A stretch of 64,000 bases of DNA from an uncultured Clostridia bacterium. Its GTDB lineage: Bacteria; Bacillota; Clostridia; Christensenellales; DTU072. The first letter of the stretch is position 1; each line of letters starts with the position of its first letter. Made by a program: the position numbers and the translations under genes. The notes below the pieces were generated by a model. The model saw nothing but the letters and a program-made list of their open reading frames with translations. It was not told the origin of the DNA and searched no databases. This document shows, piece after piece, positions 54,919 through 64,000 of the stretch. The stretch lies in the NCBI GenBank assembly GCA_944362765.1, contig CALVTP010000004.1, positions 2,250 through 66,249 of the forward strand, read 5' to 3'.

Positions 54919-56133
54919 ATCACAAGGTGGTCGCTTTGTTCCGAGAAGACTAGACCCACCCAACCGCCCACAAGGTTGCCGCTGCGCGGGATAGGAATAT
55001 TAATATCAGGATACGCATATCGTTATTCCGCTTTCGCATTCTCATAACTACATCTTTCCACAAGGTTGCCGCTGCGCGGATTGGAAATATAAAATAGTCA
55101 TGCTGTTATTCTGTATTTCCATTACAGCAGTTTTCCTCAAGGTTCCCGCTTCGCGGATAAGTGAATGGAAAATAGGTAATTAGTTCAAGTACTCCTATCG
55201 GTGAAGCCTGCTTTACCGTTTATTATAGCAAATTTAATATATTTATAATACCCGGCTATATTTCAATAATACCGCTTCGAAGAAATTTCTATCGCCTTAA
55301 AAATTATCTTTTGTGGCGGAGTATAGAAATATCTTTCGCGGCATACGTCGTATGCCGCTCTCTCATTTCGTCACTCCGCCGCAAAATCTATCTTTCTAAG
55401 ACGATATCTCTTCCTTCTCTTCGGTATTATAAGAGTTGGCTCCAAAACGGACAGTTGCTTCGCTCCTGTCCTGCTACGCGGGTATAATTTTCTTCCCGCA
55501 TCAATAGCTCCTTATGAAAAAAGTCCGTACGGGGTACGAACTTTTCCATAAGGGTTTGTTTTAACGAGCAATAAAAGTACTCTTACTTAAATCTTGCGGG
55601 AAGGGCTACAACCGACCAAACTCTCACTATAAAATACAGCCGTTGAGATGTAGACGAGCGTGTAAACTGTGAGATACGGAGCGGATTGGGGCAAGCAAAA
55701 GACAAAAGCTGTTTGAGTAGACTAAAGTCGGGATTGCGTTAGTTTGCGGCGAAGCAACCGGCGGAGGCGATGAAGCCTCTACCGGTTGCGATTTCGTGCG
55801 AAATTGGCGAAGGGCTGTATCGACATACGCTCCGAGGCAACTCCCGAAGGGAGGGAACTTGTTCCTTTCGCTCGAAAGCGCCGTGAAATATGCCCCTAGA
55901 CGCGGGTATACTATAATTTTCTTCCCGCATTAATAACTCCTTATGAAAAAAGTCCGCACGGGTGGCGAACTTTTTTATAAGGGTCTGTTCTCGCGAGCAA
56001 TTATAGTTCTCTTACTTAAATTTCGCGGGAAGAAAATTATAGTAAAATATATATTATATATACGCGCGCGTATGATAGAATGAGATACGGAGAAGTCTGC
56101 CCAAAACTTCTCTCAACTCATTCAGAGGTAAGT

Positions 56134-59100
56134 ATGAGAAAGAAGAGTATTATTACGATTATTGCGATTTTGGCTATGGCGGTGACGGCGCTTATTTGTC
56201 TTTCCGCCTGTGAAGAGGAATACAATATCGATCACCTTGAGATCTATTCTTCGCCGAGGACGGATTACTTTGTCGGAGAGGAATTTGATTATTCCGGTGC
56301 TTCGATAAGGGTAGTCTACACAAACGGCACCGATCGCATAGTTCAGGTAGACGGCACCATGATTTCTTCTTTCGATTCTTCTGTTTTGGGCTCGCAATAC
56401 ATAAAGATTTATTATCGGAACCACAGCGTTTCCGTGAAGGTCAACGTCAACCGTTACGCTACCGCATCCAGCGCGCTGGAAATTCCCGACACGAATTACA
56501 ATCTTATAGAGGGGCAACCGCTCAATCTAAATGATTCTTATTTGCTGATAACTTTTGAGGACGGCTCCGTTCGGCGCATCCCGATAACCGAATCGATGTG
56601 CTCCGGTTACGACGCGGGAAGAGTGGGCTCGCAGGACATCAACGTCAGCTACACCTTCCCCGACGGCGAGGTTGTCAACGTTTCGTTCAGCGTCACCGTA
56701 GAGGAGCGGGCGATAGAGTCGGTTTCGATACAGACTCTTCCGGACAGGAGCATATACTATCAAGGCGATCGCGAAGTGGCGCTTGAGGGCGGCGAACTCC
56801 ACGTCGTATATAACAACGGCTACACCGAAAGGCTTCCCATGGTGACGGGCGGTGCTCTTCTCGAAGGGTTGGAAGTGGTCTCTTTCGATTCCTCCGTCGA
56901 GAGCGGTTCCGTCAAGGTTGCGCTGAGGTATTACAATTTCGACATAAGCTTCAATGTTTCCGTCGAAGAGCGCGACATAAGGTCATTCGTCTTTGACAAA
57001 GACGCCATTCCCGTTCAGCTGGAAGACACCGCGCTGAATCTGGACGGAATGCTCTTTTCGATAACGTACACCAACGATGAGCAGCTCCTTCTCGAAGCGG
57101 GAGACGAAAACTTCGGCGACTATATAGATATTCGCGGATACGATCCTTCTCGGATCGGCACGCAGGAGCTCGTTATCAGTTTCCTGTACGGCGGAGTTGA
57201 ATTGGCTACAAAGTGGACGATGTCGGTCACGGTCAGGGAGCGCTCGCTTACGGAAATCGGTGTGTCCGGAACCAATCCGGTCATATATCTCGGCTCCGAC
57301 TACGAGCTTAACGAATTCAACCTGGAGCTTCGCTACGACAACGGCAATATCGACTTAAAAAGCCTTGCCGATGACTCGGTAAGGGTTGTCGACGTTACCG
57401 GATCCGGTCAACCGGAAGAAGTTACGGGATCCTTTGTCTATTACGAGCATGCCGACAGGGTTTGGAGAGTGGTCTATACCGAAACCGACGCGGAAGGAAC
57501 GGTTACGGAGTACGAATGCGAACACACCTTCGAGGTGACTATCCCCGCAGTCGTCTCCCATGAATTTTCGGGTTACGACGCCGAGGGCTCGTTGGTTTAT
57601 TTCGAATACGTCGACGGAGAACCTCGCTTTACCGCGTTCGCGGACGGGCTGAAATTGAAACTTACATATAATTCCGGCGTCGAATTGACGAGGGAACTCG
57701 ATTCTCTTTCGGGCTCCGGCTACGAAATAGAAGTGTCGACAGCGGCTGAAAGCGCAGGAAAAGCCACAGCCGACCTGACTATTATCGATATATACGGAGC
57801 CGACAGGGCGGAGTACACGATAGAAGGCGTCGACGCCTATGTAGCGCGCACCATCGAACGGGTAACGGTGACGGCGGCGGAGACATTTGACTGCCATCTT
57901 GTCCCCGAGGACACTTTCTCCGACCAAGGACTTACCGTCGAGGTCAAATACCTTGACTCCGAGGAGATCACATACTCCCTTCCGGATCCCGACTTCTACG
58001 CGGCGTTTTATTTCCTTTCGGAGGGTGCCGTCGATATCGCGGGCGGCATATTGATGTTCCCGGAGGAAGGGGGATACCTTGTCACCGTGGGTTCTGCCGA
58101 CATTACCGAAAATACCGAGATAATCTACCCCGGAAACTCCGATGAGGGCGGCATTGCGATCACGGTCGACTCCCTTCCCGATTCCGTCATCGGCGTATAT
58201 ACCGACGACAATGGCTTGAACGAAGTCGGCATGAGTTCGTCGGAGCCCGGAATCAACGTGCCTTACGGCACCGATATTCCGTTGGATAAGTATTATCTCG
58301 GCGTAAGATACACCGGGAAGAAGGACGGCGCCGAAATAATAAAATATTTCCCGTTGTCCGACAAACGGATAGAAGTTTCTTCGACCAAAGAGATGGGGAC
58401 CGGACCCAAAGAGATAACGATAACCTTCGAGGACGAAGGGAAGAAAATCTCTTCCGAAGGCTACTATGTTTACGTAAGCGACAGGGTGCCTGTCGGTATA
58501 ACGGTCACTTTGCCGAAGACGGTGTTTTACTACTATCCTAACAACGAAATAGAGCAGCCTTCCACAAGCGGAGTTATCATCAGAGTAAACTACGATAACG
58601 GCACGTTTGAAACCATTGCATATACCGACGCCGAAGGCAGCGTTGTTTTGACAAACTACAGTTGGTCGAATGACTTGTCGGAGCGGGAGCAGGAAGTGAC
58701 GATAACCTACTCGACGGAGGGAGTCGTCCTTCAGACGACGGCGACAATTTATCTGAAAGAAGCGATGCCGCAATCGATAACGTGGGGTTCGGGTACGGCA
58801 ATGTACGCCACGATAGGCGCCGGCGTTGAATTTTCTTTGGAAAACCTTTCTTATGCCGTTATCGGAAGTGACGGCGAATATATCACTCAACAAGACACTA
58901 TCGTCGAGAAAACGATCACTGCCACCTACGAAACGCCGAACGGTCTGTACTACAGCACGGAAACGGTGCGCGATATTCTTGATGAAATCACCTTCGACCC
59001 CGCGTCGTTCAATTCCAATTCTCTTGTGGCGCAGGGGGTAAGGCTCAGCTATCTCGGCTGCACATTCACGATAAACGTCAAGATAATTCATGAGAGTTCG

Positions 59101-62100
59101 CTTACCTCCGTCACGATGAATACGGAACGTTTTTCGGTTATACGAGGCGGTACGATAGATATCAACGAGCTTGTCCTCAATCTCCATTTCGGCGAACTTG
59201 TCTACCAGGTACCGATGAGAGAGGAATATTTCGTCAAAGCTGCCGACCTTCAGGCGGACGAGCAGGGCGAATTGACCGGCATCGACGTTATCCTGCACCC
59301 GGACACAACGCCCGCTGAGTACAAAGCCAAGGTATCCTATACCTACAATGGCGTCACCTGCACGACAGAAGTCATCGTAGAAGTTCTGCAAAGAAAACTC
59401 ATCGAGATTCAATTCATGAACGTCAAGACGGAGTTCGTGGAGCACGAAGAGTTCGAAACGGGCGACGGCAGCTATATTCTGGCGATTTACGATAACGGAA
59501 GACAGGACGTCGTCTACCTTACGGACGCCGTGATCTACGACGGAAGCGACAATCTGACGAACGATAGTTTCTATGTGGACATCCGCAGCTTCGACAATTC
59601 CGAGATAGCTTCGGGCGGCAAGGTCAAGCAACAAGCCATCACCATATACTATACCGACAACAAGGTCTCCGGCGGCGAGTCGGCAAGTGATACTTATATC
59701 ATTTATATGCGCGACAGACGTTATCCGACGGTGACTTTCACACCGGATAACGTTTTCGAACGCACATATAAAGATGAAGGTGCGTCGAATCCCGTCAGCC
59801 TCACGGTGACGGGCTATCGTAACTATTCCGATGAAGGAAAGGATTTCCAGCCATGGAACGGCGAAGGCGAACCCGACGTCTACGAATACGAACTGTATTT
59901 CATCGGCGAGGACGGAACGGAATACGGCTCAGGGCGCGACGTGAAATTCCCGATAAATGCCGGCGTTTACGACATAGTCGTCCGTTATAAGGGCGACCCG
60001 CTCCATAACCCGATAGAGGTGCATTCGGAGACCCCGCTGACGATATTAAAGCGGTCGCTGACGATAACTTTCACCGACGAGAAGTTTGCAAGCGTCACGT
60101 CCCTCGAGAAAATTTACGGCGAAGCTACCGAAAAGCTGTATGTTTCGATATCGGGCTTGGCTGAGGGCGACGGCTATGAAGCTGTCTATGGCACTTTGCA
60201 GGATAATTGTTTAACCGTCTATCCCGAGGATTATTCCGCGGGGCTCAGCATATTCGATATAGCTTATCTTGATCTGCGCGGCAACGTCGTCGGCATGGAA
60301 GACAGGACGGCGGCAGGGATTTACGAATTGGCGCTTAACCCGAACACCGACAAGGTTTCAGTAAACTACGAAATAGTCGTTAAAGGAATTTATTACAACA
60401 TCGAGAAGCGCCCCGTCGAGGTGTATGCCGATTCGATAGAAGTCTCTTACGGCGACCCGGTGCCGCGGCTGACGTTCACTTACGAAGAGGATATCGGCTA
60501 CGGACGAGGAGTGCTTGACGGCGAGACGTTAAGCGGCGAATTGAGAAGAGAGTCCGGTTCCAACGCCGGAGTGTATCCGATAAACGCAGGTACGCTTTCC
60601 TCCTCCAACCCCAATTACGACATAGAATTTTACGAAGGAGCCGAAGTCACTCCTCCCACCGTTACCATTGTCGCAAGGCAGATTTATATCCGCATCGTAA
60701 CCGATTCGGTGATATACGGTACGGAGTACGTCGCGCCCGCCGTCATGGCGGAGTATTTCCGTGACGCCGCTCTCGAAGATTCCGAAAACGTCTTTGCCCA
60801 AGCGGATATTGCCGCCTACGGCGACGATCCCGAAGACATTTTGGGTGAATTGACGATAATTTATCGGCTGAACGGCGAGCCAGTAGCGGAGCCGTGGAAA
60901 CAAGGCGTGAACGAGTACGAGGTCGGGGGCGAATTCCGCTCGGCAAGCGATTTGGTCAGAAACAATTATAAGTGGGAGTTTGTCTTCGGCAGCCTGACGG
61001 TCACCAAGAGGAATGTCTCGGTTGAAGTATTGTCCGTCAGCACGGAGTACGGCATTCCTGTCGGCGAAATAGCGTTTGAATATAGGGTGGAAGAGCAGGG
61101 CGAAAACTCCGGACTGATGAAAGGCGACGAGCTGAGACTTAAATTCGGTGTGGCAGGCAGTGAAGACGAAGATATCCTCGGCTATGGCGCTCATTCCATC
61201 GAGCAGATCGTAACGGGTGAGGAAAACGCCAACTACGAACCGATCATAAGCTTTGCTACGCTTACCGTAACCGCGAAAGCGCTGGGTGTACGGATAGACG
61301 CGTCGGCGCTGAGTAAAGATTATGACGGGAAAATGCCTTCCGTTTCATACTCCTCGGAATATATTTCGTTTTTCGACGACGGCGAACGGTTTGACGACGG
61401 GAAGCTGACGGCGGAAGCCGGCTCGGCGCTCAGAGTAAATATTTCCGGTTCCTCGGCGAATGCGGGAAGCTATGCCGTGACGGTGAGTTCGGGAAGCCAA
61501 AACTTTACGTTCGAGCTCGAAGAAAGCGTGAATTTCGTCATAGATCCGCTTGAAATCGGCCTTACGGCGGATGACTACTACTATTCTCCGGAGGGGGACG
61601 AGTATTTCAAACTTAACGGGGCGGAGCTCGTTTATTCCGGTTTCGGATATTCGATTTCCGCACGCATACCCGAAGCCACTTCAGACGAAAACGGCAATTA
61701 TTTGCCGAATGGGCTGCAACCCGTCTACAACGCGTCCGGGACTCCCGCGACAGACGACGACAACAACGTCATATTCGATTCCGTCGTGGTCACCGTAACA
61801 TTAGGTTCCGTCACCAATGCCGGGGAATACACCGTGAAGGCGACGGCGTTCAGCAACAGAAACTACACTCTTACCGACGCCGAGGAGCTCACCTTTAAGG
61901 TAGCTAAAAAAGAGGTGACGGTCTATTTCAATACGTCCGGAGCCGACGAAGGCGCGCCGAACACCATTGTCCGTCAATACACCGGCGAGCCGCAGCAATT
62001 CATCCGCGGTTCCTACGAAGGCGGCGAAGTCGTAAACGGCGATTATGCGCTTACCGATGACTCGGTCGGCACGGTGACGGTAGTGCTCGAACGCAACGGC

Positions 62101-64000
62101 GTTGCCTACACCGACGCACTTCAGGATGTCGTATACGATGCCTCCGGAAATCCGTTGGTTTACGACATTAAAGTGGTGTCATCCTTGGACAGCAACTATG
62201 ATTTGAAGACAGCGGAGGAGTATAAGTTTATCCTCAATCCGCGCTCGATAATATTGAAAATTTATCCGGACGCGCTGACGATGGAGTATAACGGCGGCGC
62301 TCCCGGGAAAATCGAATCGTCTCTGTTTGATATAGTCTATGGCAGCGGCGCGGACGCTACCGACGCGGGCTTTGAAAAGAGCTGGGTGAACTTTATATAC
62401 TCCAGAGAGGATAACGACTATCGCTCCGGCTCCTCTGTGGGCACATATTCCATATCCGTATCGGTGGAAGACAAGAACTTCGAGGTATCTCTGGACTCCG
62501 TTTACAAATTGAGCATAACGAGAAAAGAATACAACTTCTCTCTTTCCGACAGTTCCCCCGAAAAGCAATATGACGGCGCGGGTATAGAGTTCACCAGAAA
62601 CGACGTCACTTTAAACATTCCGTCGAACTTGGATTTCCCGAGCATCCGTACCTTTGCTTACGACAGAATAATGTCCTCCGAAGGAGAAAACCGGTTTGTC
62701 AATCTTATGACGACCGCCGATGACATGCTGAGTGCTATAATCACGGCATACTTTGACGTGAGCGCAGCTTTCAACACAAGTACAAGTATCGGGGCTGTCG
62801 TCGAAAACGCGGAAGCGACGAAGAGGGAAGTCGAAGAGCTTCTCGCTCATTTCACAGCGGACGAAAATCGCGACGCGAGCCTTTTGATGAACGGCGACGC
62901 ATTGAGGGCAAGCCTCGTTACCCTTTCAGAGCGTCTGGATGCGATTGTGGCTGCCGCCGGCGCCGGCGGCATGTCCGATATCCGCAACGCGATGACGGCG
63001 TTCGAAACGGCGCTCGGTAACTTTGTGGATATATTCGACGAAGAAAACTACTACATGATCTTCGTTCTGGGCGAGGAAGGCACCTCGGAAATAAGCGGAA
63101 CGGGCGAGTATCCCCTCCACATCTATGCCAACGACTTCAACCGTGAACTTGTAGACCTGAATGCCGCAAGCGGTTATATTGTCGAGATAACTCCGAAAAT
63201 TCTGGAAGTGCAGATCGGGCACGACGAAGGGTACACCGGTCCCGTGGTTGTCGATAAAGGCAATGTCATAGCGGAGTACGGCGATGTTCCCGCGAACGCT
63301 TCGGAAGAACCCTTTATTCCGTACAGAATATACGACCCCGTCAGAGGCGAATATCTCGAAAGGGTGGGTGAGTACGACGAGGAGAACTACAACAATACAT
63401 CGACGGAATACTACTTCCGCTACAAAGGCGAAGAAGAAAATGTCGTCTATATTTACGGAAACCTGCATAAGGCGGCAGGCACGGCTATTAGCAACTACCC
63501 TGTGCTGCGCGGCACCCTCAAAGTCTATACGGACGCACAGCATAATACCGAAAACGAAAACGCAAACTACCAATTGACATTCAATGTAGGCAGCTACATC
63601 GTCTCCCGCCGCGCAATCACGCTGCGGTTCGAAGGGGATGAAACGACCACAGACGGCGAACCGATCATTCGGAGCGGAGTCAGTTACGGCGGATTGCTGG
63701 CGAAGAACAGCGGAAGCGTCTGGAGCGAGAAGCTTAAACTTGCCGACTTACCGTACAATGAATTACCGTACAATGAAAATATAGAGGACTTCAACTATGC
63801 CGATATTTCGTACACCTGCTATATCAACGGCAGTAACGCCATTAACAGTACGGCAACCGCCGCAGGTATTTTCGAGTTGGAAGCTTCTTTACCGGGTTCT
63901 GCCGCTCCGAACTATTCCATCACGATCCTGCCCGCGAAAATCAAAATAGAAAAGGCTCAGCTCAGAATGGGCTACACCGTTTCGGGCGCTACCGAAATCG
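56134..64000 (+). CDS. giant (>2600 aa, truncated by the window) lipoprotein with Big_3-type and MBG-like repeats
   Basis: ATG 56134 gives MRKKSIITIIAILAMAVTALICLSAC (lipobox), then PRTDYFVGEEFDYSGASIRVVYTNG. Spot translations in the same frame at 60001, 62701 and 63901 are open and repeat-like. It is absent from the ORF track, consistent with no in-frame stop in the window. Confidence 0.9.
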   Translation, partial: MRKKSIITIIAILAMAVTALICLSACEEEYNIDHLEIYSSPRTDYFVGEEFDYSGASIRVVYTNGTDRIVQVDGTMISSFDSSVLGSQYIKIYYRNHSVSVKVNVNRYATASSALEIPDTNYNLIEGQPLNLNDSYLLITFEDGSVRRIPITESMCSGYDAGRVGSQDINVSYTFPDGEVVNVSFSVTVEERAIESVSIQTLPDRSIYYQGDREVALEGGELHVVYNNGYTERLPMVTGGALLEGLEVVSFDSSVESGSVKVALRYYNFDISFNVSVEERDIRSFVFDKDAIPVQLEDTALNLDGMLFSITYTNDEQLLLEAGDENFGDYIDIRGYDPSRIGTQELVISFLYGGVELATKWTMSVTVRERSLTEIGVSGTNPVIYLGSDYELNEFNLELRYDNGNIDLKSLADDSVRVVDVTGSGQPEEVTGSFVYYEHADRVWRVVYTETDAEGTVTEYECEHTFEVTIPAVVSHEFSGYDAEGSLVYFEYVDGEPRFTAFADGLKLKLTYNSGVELTRELDSLSGSGYEIEVSTAAESAGKATADLTIIDIYGADRAEYTIEGVDAYVARTIERVTVTAAETFDCHLVPEDTFSDQGLTVEVKYLDSEEITYSLPDPDFYAAFYFLSEGAVDIAGGILMFPEEGGYLVTVGSADITENTEIIYPGNSDEGGIAITVDSLPDSVIGVYTDDNGLNEVGMSSSEPGINVPYGTDIPLDKYYLGVRYTGKKDGAEIIKYFPLSDKRIEVSSTKEMGTGPKEITITFEDEGKKISSEGYYVYVSDRVPVGITVTLPKTVFYYYPNNEIEQPSTSGVIIRVNYDNGTFETIAYTDAEGSVVLTNYSWSNDLSEREQEVTITYSTEGVVLQTTATIYLKEAMPQSITWGSGTAMYATIGAGVEFSLENLSYAVIGSDGEYITQQDTIVEKTITATYETPNGLYYSTETVRDILDEITFDPASFNSNSLVAQGVRLSYLGCTFTINVKIIHESSLTSVTMNTERFSVIRGGTIDINELVLNLHFGELVYQVPMREEYFVKAADLQADEQGELTGIDVILHPDTTPAEYKAKVSYTYNGVTCTTEVIVEVLQRKLIEIQFMNVKTEFVEHEEFETGDGSYILAIYDNGRQDVVYLTDAVIYDGSDNLTNDSFYVDIRSFDNSEIASGGKVKQQAITIYYTDNKVSGGESASDTYIIYMRDRRYPTVTFTPDNVFERTYKDEGASNPVSLTVTGYRNYSDEGKDFQPWNGEGEPDVYEYELYFIGEDGTEYGSGRDVKFPINAGVYDIVVRYKGDPLHNPIEVHSETPLTILKRSLTITFTDEKFASVTSLEKIYGEATEKLYVSISGLAEGDGYEAVYGTLQDNCLTVYPEDYSAGLSIFDIAYLDLRGNVVGMEDRTAAGIYELALNPNTDKVSVNYEIVVKGIYYNIEKRPVEVYADSIEVSYGDPVPRLTFTYEEDIGYGRGVLDGETLSGELRRESGSNAGVYPINAGTLSSSNPNYDIEFYEGAEVTPPTVTIVARQIYIRIVTDSVIYGTEYVAPAVMAEYFRDAALEDSENVFAQADIAAYGDDPEDILGELTIIYRLNGEPVAEPWKQGVNEYEVGGEFRSASDLVRNNYKWEFVFGSLTVTKRNVSVEVLSVSTEYGIPVGEIAFEYRVEEQGENSGLMKGDELRLKFGVAGSEDEDILGYGAHSIEQIVTGEENANYEPIISFATLTVTAKALGVRIDASALSKDYDGKMPSVSYSSEYISFFDDGERFDDGKLTAEAGSALRVNISGSSANAGSYAVTVSSGSQNFTFELEESVNFVIDPLEIGLTADDYYYSPEGDEYFKLNGAELVYSGFGYSISARIPEATSDENGNYLPNGLQPVYNASGTPATDDDNNVIFDSVVVTVTLGSVTNAGEYTVKATAFSNRNYTLTDAEELTFKVAKKEVTVYFNTSGADEGAPNTIVRQYTGEPQQFIRGSYEGGEVVNGDYALTDDSVGTVTVVLERNGVAYTDALQDVVYDASGNPLVYDIKVVSSLDSNYDLKTAEEYKFILNPRSIILKIYPDALTMEYNGGAPGKIESSLFDIVYGSGADATDAGFEKSWVNFIYSREDNDYRSGSSVGTYSISVSVEDKNFEVSLDSVYKLSITRKEYNFSLSDSSPEKQYDGAGIEFTRNDVTLNIPSNLDFPSIRTFAYDRIMSSEGENRFVNLMTTADDMLSAIITAYFDVSAAFNTSTSIGAVVENAEATKREVEELLAHFTADENRDASLLMNGDALRASLVTLSERLDAIVAAAGAGGMSDIRNAMTAFETALGNFVDIFDEENYYMIFVLGEEGTSEISGTGEYPLHIYANDFNRELVDLNAASGYIVEITPKILEVQIGHDEGYTGPVVVDKGNVIAEYGDVPANASEEPFIPYRIYDPVRGEYLERVGEYDEENYNNTSTEYYFRYKGEEENVVYIYGNLHKAAGTAISNYPVLRGTLKVYTDAQHNTENENANYQLTFNVGSYIVSRRAITLRFEGDETTTDGEPIIRSGVSYGGLLAKNSGSVWSEKLKLADLPYNELPYNENIEDFNYADISYTCYINGSNAINSTATAAGIFELEASLPGSAAPNYSITILPAKIKIEKAQLRMGYTVSGATEI

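Larger units (their letters stand above)
54127..55081 (+). repeat. ~165-bp direct repeat (module T), two copies
   Basis: 54127-54291 and 54916-55081 share TACATCACAAGG...GACTAGACCCACCCAACCGCCCACAAG.TTGCCGCT..GCGGGATAGGAATATTAATAT. Confidence 0.9.
53379..56044. repeat. cluster 2 of modular palindromic repeats with long inverted arms
   Basis: 53549-53758 is the reverse complement of 55265-55474 (2 mismatches). X copies at 53379-53513, 55483-55603 and 55909-56044. S/Q/P at 55604-55896. Confidence 0.93.

Noticed and set aside
53379-56044. Autonomous IS or composite transposon
   Set aside because: No intact transposase lies inside the inverted arms and no flanking direct target duplication is recognisable.
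57355-59634. 759-aa minus-strand ORF and other ORFs listed beyond 56.1 kb
   Set aside because: Antisense or off-frame shadows of the giant + strand lipoprotein gene.

Overview
This is a 64-kb chromosomal segment, almost all on the + strand. Gene content and textbook sigmaA promoters (17-bp spacers) suggest a Clostridia-like gut anaerobe; that taxonomy is inference only. It carries housekeeping genes (xpt, folD, clpB, prs, citrate synthase, tRNA-Gln-CUG), a heterodimeric ABC exporter with a ~465-aa extracellular insertion, and several signal-peptide-less glycosidases (GH33, GH2, GH20, a six-hairpin GH, a DUF6067-like protein). It also has an aminotransferase/aldolase/MFS catabolic cluster, a RimK-family pseudogene, and five large surface proteins, including a >2600-aa lipoprotein that runs off the window end and is missing from the ORF track. 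The most unusual feature is at 52.0-56.0 kb. A gene there encodes an IS200/RAYT-type Y1 HUH transposase fold in which both HUH histidines and the catalytic tyrosine appear replaced, fused to four tandem HTH-like repeats. Directly after it lies a 2.7-kb non-coding block of modular palindromic repeats, with 210-bp near-perfect inverted arms, two duplicated consensus promoters and a degenerate ~50-bp array. The same repeat modules form a second 1.25-kb cluster 50 kb away at the 3' end of folD. The repeats and sequence motifs are read directly from the sequence. Family assignments are from recalled motifs without database searches, and the functional link between protein and repeats is a hypothesis.
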